Below are positions 47,010 through 56,114 of a stretch of 64,000 nt of DNA, piece after piece. The notes below the pieces were generated by a model, which had not been told where the DNA came from, searched no databases, and saw only the letters and a list, made by a program, of their open reading frames with translations. Position 1 is the first letter of the stretch. The number at the start of each line of letters is the position of its first letter. A program made the position numbers and the translations under genes. This DNA comes from Klebsiella phage ZCKP1: the sequence record MH252123.1. One strand, 5' to 3'.

Positions 47010-49676
47010 ATGTTTCCAATTCCAATATTTACTATTATGACCAGCACTGGTGTCGTTCCTCTGCCAGCAGGTATTGTTAAAAAAGTAATCACTTTAGATT
47101 ACCCAGATAATGCTGGTAATTCTAACAGCAGTTTAGCAATTTTGCTTAATGATGGTAGATTGTTTACTCAAGGCACAAACCTTTTTGGTGAGATTGCAGA
47201 TGGAACTCGTAGTGCACGATTCAATAATTTCTACTTAGCTTCTACTGTAGTAGCGGATGTGTTTACCGCAGATCGTTGTTTTGTTATTAAAACTAACAGT
47301 GGAGGATGGCAATATTCAGGATTGACAGCAGGGTTGGTAGGATCTATAGCAGCAGGTGGTACGGATGCATGTGTAACTACTTGGACCAGCTTTCCATCTG
47401 TAATAACGGGGACTATCTCTTTAGCTAATCTTAAAGAGGTTAAGGGAGGATATAACAACACTCTCTGGTTAATGAATAGTGGTGTTCTTTATGGATCGGG
47501 TCAAAACACAGTAGGCAGTTTAGGTGCAAGTACTACTAACGAAGTTTCTACTCCTCGTCAAATAACGAGTGCAGCAGTTGCTTTTGATGCAGGTTACAAC
47601 CAATGCTCTTATGTCAACAATGTGGGAACCTTGCGTGTTTGTGGAGCCAGCAAAGGTTTAGCAGGTAATAATAACACAACAAAAGCTTTTATAAATGCTA
47701 CGATATCCACTACTGAAACAGTGTATGTCAAAGATTACATCAATACCGTTTCCCAGACAATAGTTGTAGGGGATACCTCCGGTGGAACTGGTACAACAAA
47801 CTACCTTTATGTTAGATCTAATACAGAAACAACCTACACTAAACTGGATACCTTTGCAGCAGGTTTCTCAACATGGAAGTTTCCACCGAGCCGCCACTCT
47901 TTTTTCGTTGGGATTAATAATTCCTTGTGGGCTATTGGTAAGAACTATACGGCAAACTTAGGTCTGGGGTATGATTCTGCGAGCGGAGATCCGCTCCAAG
48001 TGGGAAAACCAGTTAAACCTGAAGGAGTGGGTTCCTGGGATATAAACAAGCTCACAAGCGTTCATACGCTGAATATGGATGTTACTAACCAATTAGGTTA
48101 TCAAGGAACATTTTTCGTTTATAATGGAAATATGTATTATTCCGGTATTTGGAAAGACGGGAAAGCGTCATATCTGTTCAATAGTGGTCTAAACTATAAT
48201 AAATTCACACCGATAGCAAGCTCCGTGATTACGGGTGATATTCTGGCAACTGGCTTAACTACAGATTCTTTAGGAATTTGTATTGTAGGCGGAACTAAAC
48301 AGTTGACACATTCTGTTAGCCCAGAAGGAGGTAAACTTTTCAATATTAAATACACTTCTTCTGCCCCTGCAAACATGACAATATCATCTGCTGGTTTAAT
48401 GACTTTCCATGCAGAAGGTGGTTTTGATGCAGGTATGACAGCCTTAAACGCTGAAGGAACAACTTTATCAGATACCTCTGGAGGATATGCTTCAACATTG
48501 AGCGTTTACACCCCTAGCTTATCTGCGATGGATGTAGGAACAACACAAACAATGGTAGCAGAAATAACGCCAACAGGAGCAGCAAGCTTACCTGGTATGG
48601 TTGTTGAGTATTTCTCTAATGACCCTACGGTAGCAACAGTTGACCCCGTTACAGGCGTTATTACAGCGATTGCTGATGGGGATTGTCGTATCGGTTGTAG
48701 AGCAACTTATCAAGGTGTGGTAACTGCCGAAGATAGTTCTTATCTCGCAGTGAATGCTGTGGTGATTGTGATGGATTATGATTTGACGCAAGAAACTCTT
48801 CCATCGGGTGTTCAGGCTAATGGTGGGAACTCTTTTGCTCGTGCTTCTGGAGATATACTTGTAGCCACTAACACCTTGGTTGCTCCGTTGGAGTATGTTG
48901 GTACTACCCCTGCAGGTAGACGTGTAACAGCTAACACAGCTTCACAAATTTTTGTCAACAATGCCTTAACAAGTGCAAGCCCGTGGGTAAAGACCAACTT
49001 AACTGTTGCAGCTTCATCTGATAACTCTCCGGCTGGAACTACTGCCAATGTATTCAAATTAACTCCGACTACAACCTCTGGTAGTCATATCTTAACTGCA
49101 ACATATACTAACGCGTACAACATATATGCCGGACGTAACTGGTCTGCCTCTGTTTTCTTGAAAGCGAACGGGATTACTAAGGCCAAACTTAGACTAACAG
49201 CAGGAACAGAAATTAATGAGGGTACTTTTGATTTAGCAGCAGGCACATTCACAGGAAGTGAAGCTAATATTATATCTATGGGCAACGGTTGGTATCGTGC
49301 TATTCTGCATAAAACAGGGATAGCCAAACAGTCCTTCATAAGTTTTGAAATAATTGCCTTGGATGCAACTGGTGCGGAGATTTTCGCTGGAGATGGTACT
49401 AGTAACCTTGCAGTTTGGTTGCCACAGCTTGAAGGTGCTCCTACAGGAGAAACATCAAAAGCTGGATCGCCTTATGTCTGCACATATCCTGGAAATTTAG
49501 GAGCAGTATCCTTCACTATACCAAGGAACGGACATACTGGTGTAGATGTTTACTATTCCAACGGGGATGTTGTTCGTGATGTATTCTCTGGCACAGCATC
49601 TACTTGGACAATAGACTACTCCAGCTTGTACGATTGGGGATCAGTCTTTATTACAGGTTTGAAATATTACGACTAA
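47010..49676 (+). CDS. RCC1-like repeat / Big_2 domain structural protein (side fiber or receptor-binding)
   Basis: repeated G(S/T)(N/G)xxGxLGxG motifs (GTNLFGEIADGT, GSGQNTVGSLGAST, GKNYTANLGLGYDS); Ig-like segment MVVEYFSNDPTVATVDPVTGVITAIADGDCRI. Confidence 0.5.
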   Translation: MFPIPIFTIMTSTGVVPLPAGIVKKVITLDYPDNAGNSNSSLAILLNDGRLFTQGTNLFGEIADGTRSARFNNFYLASTVVADVFTADRCFVIKTNSGGWQYSGLTAGLVGSIAAGGTDACVTTWTSFPSVITGTISLANLKEVKGGYNNTLWLMNSGVLYGSGQNTVGSLGASTTNEVSTPRQITSAAVAFDAGYNQCSYVNNVGTLRVCGASKGLAGNNNTTKAFINATISTTETVYVKDYINTVSQTIVVGDTSGGTGTTNYLYVRSNTETTYTKLDTFAAGFSTWKFPPSRHSFFVGINNSLWAIGKNYTANLGLGYDSASGDPLQVGKPVKPEGVGSWDINKLTSVHTLNMDVTNQLGYQGTFFVYNGNMYYSGIWKDGKASYLFNSGLNYNKFTPIASSVITGDILATGLTTDSLGICIVGGTKQLTHSVSPEGGKLFNIKYTSSAPANMTISSAGLMTFHAEGGFDAGMTALNAEGTTLSDTSGGYASTLSVYTPSLSAMDVGTTQTMVAEITPTGAASLPGMVVEYFSNDPTVATVDPVTGVITAIADGDCRIGCRATYQGVVTAEDSSYLAVNAVVIVMDYDLTQETLPSGVQANGGNSFARASGDILVATNTLVAPLEYVGTTPAGRRVTANTASQIFVNNALTSASPWVKTNLTVAASSDNSPAGTTANVFKLTPTTTSGSHILTATYTNAYNIYAGRNWSASVFLKANGITKAKLRLTAGTEINEGTFDLAAGTFTGSEANIISMGNGWYRAILHKTGIAKQSFISFEIIALDATGAEIFAGDGTSNLAVWLPQLEGAPTGETSKAGSPYVCTYPGNLGAVSFTIPRNGHTGVDVYYSNGDVVRDVFSGTASTWTIDYSSLYDWGSVFITGLKYYD

Positions 49677-49679
49677 TAA

Positions 49680-49712
49680 AAAAGGAGCCATTAGGCTCCT
49701 TTTCTTTTATTC
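49680..49712. terminator. bidirectional terminator between convergent operons
   Basis: AAAAAAGGAGCCattaGGCTCCTTTTCTTTT, T/A runs on both sides. Confidence 0.65.
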
Positions 49713-50201
49713 AGCGTTCAATCCTTCACCATGTTCTTGATGCCAAGCCTCATGGTGTAGAGGACACAGCCATAGAACATCTAACGGTTTATCATAATCA
49801 CAATGATGAGCATGAACATCAACAGACCCACACACTTGGCAAGGTTGTTTTATTAACTTTCCATCTCGTAGTGCGTTACCTACAGCTATATGAGCAGAAC
49901 GTTTTTTCGGATTCTTTTCGATGTAACGTTTCTTAGCTTCATTAGCCTTATCTTTACCTTTCCCTTTTGCGTAAGCCTCTTTCAAAGCTTTGCGCTCTGG
50001 GGTCTGATCTCTGTTTTTATCATACTCTTTGTAATATTCAGATTTATCTTTACGATTCTGTTTAACATCTTTCTTATTACATTCTTTGCATTTATTGACG
50101 TGACCGTCAGCCATAGCTTTATGTTTGTAAAATTCAGTGAGGGGCTTTAACACCCCACACTTGAAACAAACCTTAGAAGCAATGCAGGAAGTTTCGACCA
50201 T
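49707..50201 (-). CDS. HNH homing endonuclease
   Basis: zinc finger CFKCG...CKECNKK and HNH core CQVCG...HAHHCDYDKPLDVLWLCPLHHEAWH; probable start at internal M (MVETSC); longer ORF would overlap ssb. Confidence 0.6.
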   Translation of the reverse strand: MVETSCIASKVCFKCGVLKPLTEFYKHKAMADGHVNKCKECNKKDVKQNRKDKSEYYKEYDKNRDQTPERKALKEAYAKGKGKDKANEAKKRYIEKNPKKRSAHIAVGNALRDGKLIKQPCQVCGSVDVHAHHCDYDKPLDVLWLCPLHHEAWHQEHGEGLNAE

Positions 50202-51105
50202 ATTGCAGTCCAATAGGGGCAAATGGAATATCATCGTCGAAGTCCATTGGAGGTTCTTCTTGATTACTTGGGGTTGGTTCTGGTTGTGGTTCAGGTTTCT
50301 TAACTTCTTTCTTCTCTTCTTTCTTAGGTTGTTCTGCGGAACCACGAATGGCAGCAGCAACTTTATCAGACAGAGCCAGAACTTTACGAGCAGAATCAAT
50401 CAGATCTTCTACAGAGACAGTCTTAATGGTATGGTCTTTACAAGCATTGAGAATAGCGTGACCAACAGATGCCCCAAGATCATAATCATTAATATCAACA
50501 CCACGAGATTCAGCAATTTCCGATTTCAGCGTGACAGTTGCAGATTGAACAACCCCAGCGATATCGAAAGCATCGCCTTTAACACCATTACGAATCAGTT
50601 CCAGTGCACCATTTACTGCGTGACCAGTTTCCAGACCTACAGTATCACGTTTTTTATAGGACTGCTTAGGAGCAGCATCGTTGGAACCCTTATTGCCAGA
50701 AGATTTGTTAGACTTCTGAACACCATCGGTAGACAATACTGTAATACGAGATTTTTTAGTATTGTAGTAAGTTTTACCGCCTTTATTGTCAACGCGATCA
50801 ATATCAATACTTACTTCTACACCTTTTTCAATAGTGATCCAGTTATCACCTTCTTTGACTTGCAGGTTTTCATAACCTTCTTTCAGTTCAATGTCACCAA
50901 GAGAAATCCAAACACCTTTCTCCTCTGGTTTAGCACCTTTCTCTTTCAGAACAAGAGAAGCTCGGTGAGTTGAAACAATCGTTTTTCCTTCCCAATGAAA
51001 AGTTTTAGGTTCAGCGAATTTATCCAGTTTAACGTAGTCTACGATACCAGTTGCATAAGTTACGGTTTTGCCTTTACGATCAGTTTCAGTATTAATTACG
51101 GACAT
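50173..51105 (-). CDS. ssb: single-stranded DNA-binding protein
   Basis: Gly/Pro/Glu-rich linker and C-terminal acidic tail EEPPMDFDDDIPF (as in E. coli SSB DDDIPF). Confidence 0.6.
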   Translation of the reverse strand: MSVINTETDRKGKTVTYATGIVDYVKLDKFAEPKTFHWEGKTIVSTHRASLVLKEKGAKPEEKGVWISLGDIELKEGYENLQVKEGDNWITIEKGVEVSIDIDRVDNKGGKTYYNTKKSRITVLSTDGVQKSNKSSGNKGSNDAAPKQSYKKRDTVGLETGHAVNGALELIRNGVKGDAFDIAGVVQSATVTLKSEIAESRGVDINDYDLGASVGHAILNACKDHTIKTVSVEDLIDSARKVLALSDKVAAAIRGSAEQPKKEEKKEVKKPEPQPEPTPSNQEEPPMDFDDDIPFAPIGLQYGRNFLHCF

Positions 51106-51121
51106 TATTATCTCCTCTATA

Positions 51122-51514
51122 TTACATTAATTTTGCACAGAAAAAGCGGAGTCTTTCCATATCATCTTGCTCTAACAGGTATTTACCTTTACCTATTCCA
51201 ACTCCAATTTCACCGTTAGGGAAATGAACTATTTGCACTGGAAAACCTCCGAGTTTAATTGTGGCAGCTTTGCCTTCTTCGTCTATAACGTTTCGGATTG
51301 TATCTTGCAGTGAAATGAATTCTTTGTTTGTAACAGTGGTTTCAATTATTTCAGATGTTTCAACACGAGCAGTTAGCTTCTTGTTTCCACCTTGAATAAC
51401 CAAAATTTGAAAATAAAAAGAGTTGTCAAGACCTACAACATTTTTCTCAACTAGTGTTAAACTGGTATAATTTCCATAAACAGTTTCAACAGCTATCTTA
51501 GAACGTTCAGTCAT
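51122..51514 (-). CDS. hypothetical protein
   Basis: 130-aa ORF. Confidence 0.4.
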   Translation of the reverse strand: MTERSKIAVETVYGNYTSLTLVEKNVVGLDNSFYFQILVIQGGNKKLTARVETSEIIETTVTNKEFISLQDTIRNVIDEEGKAATIKLGGFPVQIVHFPNGEIGVGIGKGKYLLEQDDMERLRFFCAKLM

Positions 51515-51559
51515 TGAATGCTATCCTATCATAAAATGTTTAATATTGTCAAGCTTTAA

Positions 51560-52153
51560 TTACCAAGGAATATCATCTTCTTCCAATCTGGTATCTACTT
51601 GAGGAGGACGTGGAACCTTAACCTCTTTCACAAAACGAAGATATGGGAAACGTGTAGCAATTTTAATAACATGTTTGGCATCTTCTCTAACATCTTTGTG
51701 CAAGAAGCAGATCCCTGTTTCCAAGGTTGTTTCAAAATCTTTAGAATAATAACAGTCCTTCCCATCAAATGCAGCCTGGCAGATGGACAGATCGAACTCA
51801 TTTAGAAAGGTTGTCATTACGCTTGGTTCCATAATCATAAGGTTGCAAAGCTGACCATCACGTTCAAACTCAAAAACGTGTTTAAGACCAGTAACACCCT
51901 CGTAGTTATCCGAAGCTTCTTTGTTTCCTAATTTACGAACATTAGTTCCCATCAAAGCAGATGCAATCAATTCTTGTATTTGCTCTTCTGATCGATGTGC
52001 AGGAAGAGACGTGTAAAAATCCAGATCACGTCCAGCAATATCAAGAATACGCCAATCACGAACAGCGCCGCCAGCCAAGACAGAATTAGGATCAGCAATC
52101 TTTAATACGGTAAGAATTTCTTTGGCAATATTGATTTGTTTTGATTTAGTCAT
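51560..52153 (-). CDS. minimal Pol-beta-superfamily nucleotidyltransferase (CCA-adding/poly(A) polymerase head-like)
   Basis: LAGGAVRDWRILDIAGRDLDFY matches class-II CCA-enzyme head motif GGxVRD...DxD; C-terminus RLEEDDIPW resembles SSB tail. Confidence 0.5.
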   Translation of the reverse strand: MTKSKQINIAKEILTVLKIADPNSVLAGGAVRDWRILDIAGRDLDFYTSLPAHRSEEQIQELIASALMGTNVRKLGNKEASDNYEGVTGLKHVFEFERDGQLCNLMIMEPSVMTTFLNEFDLSICQAAFDGKDCYYSKDFETTLETGICFLHKDVREDAKHVIKIATRFPYLRFVKEVKVPRPPQVDTRLEEDDIPW

Positions 52154-52364
52154 GGATACGCTCCACAGTTACTTTTACAACATCGTCCATATTAATCTCA
52201 TCCCCCAAGACCTCAATAACACCTTCCTCATAAAGTCGAGCACATTCTTCCCACACTTCAGCTTCCGTCATTCCACCTGCAATCTTATTTGCAAGACCTT
52301 TAATAACATCTTCATTTTGTTCATCAACAAGAATTGAAACATTAAAGCTCACTAATTTACGCAT
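52146..52364 (-). CDS. hypothetical small acidic protein
   Basis: 72-aa ORF overlapping stop/start with neighbours. Confidence 0.35.
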   Translation of the reverse strand: MRKLVSFNVSILVDEQNEDVIKGLANKIAGGMTEAEVWEECARLYEEGVIEVLGDEINMDDVVKVTVERIHD

Positions 52365-52541
52365 TGTTTTCTCCTTATACTTCTAAACGGAAAGTTTCTT
52401 TAGATACAAAATCGTATCCACCTTTTTCAAGCCAGTCATTGTAAACCTCATCGGCTTGAGACTCTATCATAAAATACCGAGTGATAACTTCGTCTCAGAC
52501 AATACGCACAATTTTATAGCAAATCATGATACCATTTCCCA

Positions 52542-52733
52542 TTAATCTTCCTCCAGATCAATTTCATTATAACAATGTATGCAGAAACCATCATTGTGCA
52601 TATGTTGTTCATAGGACATATCTTTACCACAAGACCAACAACGGATATCCCCATCGTCCCATTCACGTTCTTCTTCACCTTCAAATTCATCTGGTAGGTA
52701 AGGCATACCAAGACAATCTAAATCGTAATGCAT
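52542..52733 (-). CDS. zinc-ribbon small protein
   Basis: CWSCG...CIHC pairs, acidic flanks. Confidence 0.35.
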   Translation of the reverse strand: MHYDLDCLGMPYLPDEFEGEEEREWDDGDIRCWSCGKDMSYEQHMHNDGFCIHCYNEIDLEED

Positions 52734-52781
52734 ATCTCCTCCTATAAAGGGGCAGAAGCCCCTTATAAAACAATGAGTTAA

Positions 52782-55700
52782 CTAGTGACAGGACGCCCAG
52801 GAGTTACCCACATCATATCCGGCAGTAAGCTGAACATTAAGATTGTAAAATTCTCCAGCCTTAGTAACAGCTAAAGCAGCAAGTTCACCTGCCCGACTAT
52901 AGGCTGTAAACCATCCACCTTTGGGAGATTCATGAATGTTAGCCCAAATTTGCCCTGTCTCTTTTTCCTTATTATGCTTCCATTCTTCAACTTTAGCAAG
53001 GCATTCTTTATCAATTTTCTTTTGTTCTTCAGGATCGTCTACTTTCTTCCAACCTAATGATTCAGGTGAAAACCATTTAAATTCTACAAGGTTACGAGAA
53101 ACTTCAAGCTGGGCTTCATCGTGATATGCAATCATTTGTTGCACGAAGTCTTTATTCTTCCAGTCATCTTTAAAGAAGTCAACACTTAGCCCTTCTTCTT
53201 CGATCATGTCATCATAAATAACCATTGCACGTTTGGCACAGATAACCCCACCACTTTGGAACAGAGAGTTAAGAATCGCGTGAGCAGAACGAGTAGGAAC
53301 CTTACGACCGTCAATACCCAAAACATACTGTTTACCAGTCTTAACCCAGAAATCGTTTAAACGTTCTTTAAGACGCGCCAGTGGGAATGCAGCTTCCCAG
53401 AAAGCATCGAACACCAGTTGCCCTGTGTATTTATCGCTACCAATTGTTTTAGCAACCTTGTCTGCTTGTGCACCATAAGTGATCCCGTATTTAACAGATT
53501 TCGCCGGACTACGTTCAAATTTACGTCCAATAGTTTCAGTGATACGTTTTGCCATCATTGTGTGAACATCATTAGGTTTCTCTAACAACAGAGCGTTACA
53601 ATATTCGTGTGGCTCCGGCTCGTACCGCCAACAGTTTCCTGTGATGGTAATGCAGTCTTTCTGACGCATGACCCACGTACCAAGTTCTGTTTGTGGACAC
53701 CAAACATCCTCTACACCCCACTCTTCAATAGTCAAACTTTGAACAGGAATGTGAGAGCGGTTAGTCAATGTTGCCACTTTTACTTTCTGCTCTTTTGTAT
53801 TGAAAGCTACAGAGATATTGCCTCCATGCACCAGGTACGAGGCAGTTAAAGCTGCTTCAAAAAGTTCACCTGGGTTCTGCGCCCAACGCCAAACAGGTTT
53901 TTGTTTATGTTCATGCCAGTAACCATCTGCAATCAAGAAACCTTCCAAGAAAGCTACACGCTCGGCATGAGACATATTAACTACACGCTCTACCCACGGA
54001 ACATCCCATTTACCTTGTTGAACATAAGTTAAACTATTTACCTGATCTTGTTCCATGTTAAATGGAGCATTACAAATAATATTATCTCCTGTGCAAAGCT
54101 CGGCAGTTGTTCTGACTTTAGGCACATAAGTATTCCCTTTACTACGGGTATTAACATACCAACGGTGATCTGCTGTTGCACGGTAAGTGTGTGATTTCCC
54201 TTTAATCTCAAACGTCTTACTATTTTTATAGAAGACCTTACCTTTTACTTTAGTCCATTCTTTCAGACCTGTTTCAGCATTGTACCCTAAAATCTCATCC
54301 CCTTCCTTCAGGTCGTGATATCCTACCCAACCTTTACGAGTCAAAGCTTGAGCATCCATCGGCACACAGTAATGTGACTCAATCTTTGCTTCCAAAGAGT
54401 CGAAGTCATAACCAATCTGGAAGTATTTAGGAACTTCTACACCAAACAAGTTACGCATCTCCCATCCAAACAAAGATGTGACACGAGGGATATTGGCTAC
54501 AGATCTATGCTTCATACGAGAGGTGGCAGCATCACATGTAGCGGCTGGGGTAGGAATACGCCCATCCGCCCTTACTGCGGCTAAGAAACCTTTATCGTAT
54601 TCTTGATCTTCTTCATCTTCTTCCCAATCAGCACCGCCACCTAAAATAGAGTTCCTACGATGCTTATACGTTAAGTATTCTACAATCTGTGTAGCATACG
54701 GGAATTTCTCACCCAAAGCTTGCAGGTTAGGACAGATTTCTTTTTCCTGACCTTTGGTAAAGCATGGGTTAGTCAATACTTTAAGACCGCGACCTTTACC
54801 TTTTGCTATACGCTCTTGAATCTTCCTTTCCAAAGTTTCCGGTGTGCACTCCAGATGATCACAACGATCCTGACAAAAATTAGAAGATAGAGTTTGCTCA
54901 ACGTAAGCTCGAATACCTTTCTGAAGTTCTTCCTCGCTCTTTTTAATCTTGGTGCCAGATTTAAGAGTCAAATCTTTATCTTTATATTCAGATGGTACCC
55001 AACCTAATCCTACAAGCCAGTTTTTAATATGGGTAGTATCGTTCAATGTTGCAGGGATATTAGGATCACACAAAGGCTCATCTGCTGCAACTGGCAGTTT
55101 CCACTCTTTCCCCAACATCACTAACCACCAATCTCCATCCCTCTCTTCCAAATGACCATCATGTTTCTTAGCAAAATTGATCATATGGTTAGTTGGCTCT
55201 AAGTTCTTTTTAATTTGCAACTTAGGTGGAATAAAAGCCTTAAGATAACCTTTTGTTGCTGGTTTAGGTGGCAAAATAGGCTCAACGAGTAAACGAAGAC
55301 GCTCCATTTCTGCATCCAAAAAAGCAAGGTTCTCTTCTGCTTGCTTCATGTTAAAAGCAAACCCACGGTGTTCCTGGCGTGTAATAATGTCTGCTACACG
55401 TTGTTCAAGTTCAAATGGACCTTCCCATTTATCATAATCACCCCATTCTTCCATAAGGTAATTATATACACTTGTGTTGGCTTTGTTATCATAGATACAG
55501 TAATAAAGCATATCCGCAGCAAAAGTCTTAAATCGATCTTCTTCTGGAATCTCTTTACGGAAATCTATTTTTACATCACCGCCTGCTTTTCGAGAAAGTG
55601 CTGCCAAGCTATGTCCTGATTTGCCCTCAATCTTTCGATCTGGGTTTAACACTTTACTCAAAATCAAAGAGTCAATAAGTTTTACCTTATTTTTGCCCCA

Positions 55701-56114
55701 CGTGTTATATTTAACACTGTAATCTAATCCATAAAACAGTTTTGTAGCCAACCAGTCATAGTTGATACCGTTGTGTGCCACAGCCATTTCAACCAAATAT
55801 TCAGGCTTGTCTTTAAAATAACCTTCATGATTAATAAAGTCTGGGAAATCTTTTAGTTGAAAATGTGTGTAATCTTGCGCCACATATTCTTTAAGAACAT
55901 ACGTGTATTTACCATCTGATTCTTCATAAGGACGCCCGTCAAAAATATACTTAGGGCCATCGTGGAAAGCTACTATTTCTCCTGTTTCATGGTTCTCTAA
56001 GACAATACAGTGCATTTGAAATGTGTCTTTGAGACGATAAGGACTAGCTAAATAATCGATAGTGTCATTATTCAACAATCCGTTTGCTTCAATATCCCAT
56101 GTAAACTTACTCAC
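52782..56114 (-). CDS. family A DNA polymerase with 3'-5' exonuclease domain (intein-containing precursor)
   Basis: Exo I DIEANGL; motif A IGYDFDSLEAKIESHY; motif B RSPAKSVKYGITYG; motif C MIAYHDEAQLEV; GTG start after AAGGAGG. Confidence 0.85.
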   Translation of the reverse strand: MSKFTWDIEANGLLNNDTIDYLASPYRLKDTFQMHCIVLENHETGEIVAFHDGPKYIFDGRPYEESDGKYTYVLKEYVAQDYTHFQLKDFPDFINHEGYFKDKPEYLVEMAVAHNGINYDWLATKLFYGLDYSVKYNTWGKNKVKLIDSLILSKVLNPDRKIEGKSGHSLAALSRKAGGDVKIDFRKEIPEEDRFKTFAADMLYYCIYDNKANTSVYNYLMEEWGDYDKWEGPFELEQRVADIITRQEHRGFAFNMKQAEENLAFLDAEMERLRLLVEPILPPKPATKGYLKAFIPPKLQIKKNLEPTNHMINFAKKHDGHLEERDGDWWLVMLGKEWKLPVAADEPLCDPNIPATLNDTTHIKNWLVGLGWVPSEYKDKDLTLKSGTKIKKSEEELQKGIRAYVEQTLSSNFCQDRCDHLECTPETLERKIQERIAKGKGRGLKVLTNPCFTKGQEKEICPNLQALGEKFPYATQIVEYLTYKHRRNSILGGGADWEEDEEDQEYDKGFLAAVRADGRIPTPAATCDAATSRMKHRSVANIPRVTSLFGWEMRNLFGVEVPKYFQIGYDFDSLEAKIESHYCVPMDAQALTRKGWVGYHDLKEGDEILGYNAETGLKEWTKVKGKVFYKNSKTFEIKGKSHTYRATADHRWYVNTRSKGNTYVPKVRTTAELCTGDNIICNAPFNMEQDQVNSLTYVQQGKWDVPWVERVVNMSHAERVAFLEGFLIADGYWHEHKQKPVWRWAQNPGELFEAALTASYLVHGGNISVAFNTKEQKVKVATLTNRSHIPVQSLTIEEWGVEDVWCPQTELGTWVMRQKDCITITGNCWRYEPEPHEYCNALLLEKPNDVHTMMAKRITETIGRKFERSPAKSVKYGITYGAQADKVAKTIGSDKYTGQLVFDAFWEAAFPLARLKERLNDFWVKTGKQYVLGIDGRKVPTRSAHAILNSLFQSGGVICAKRAMVIYDDMIEEEGLSVDFFKDDWKNKDFVQQMIAYHDEAQLEVSRNLVEFKWFSPESLGWKKVDDPEEQKKIDKECLAKVEEWKHNKEKETGQIWANIHESPKGGWFTAYSRAGELAALAVTKAGEFYNLNVQLTAGYDVGNSWASCH
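53634..54368 (-). other. intein (about 245 aa) with LAGLIDADG homing-endonuclease motif, inserted after Pol motif A
   Basis: begins CVPMDAQALTRKGWVGYHDLKEGDEILGY (Hint block A), contains ERVAFLEGFLIADGYW, ends DCITITGN with +1 Cys; extein junction ...ESHY|CWRY. Confidence 0.65.

Noticed and set aside
50137-50973. 278-aa plus-strand ORF
   Set aside because: Antisense to the ssb gene; F/L/N-rich low-complexity translation; no RBS.
52741-52781. Terminator hairpin GGGGCagaaGCCCC between zinc-ribbon ORF and polymerase
   Set aside because: Stable hairpin but no T-run on either strand; probably an RNA stability or processing element rather than an intrinsic terminator.
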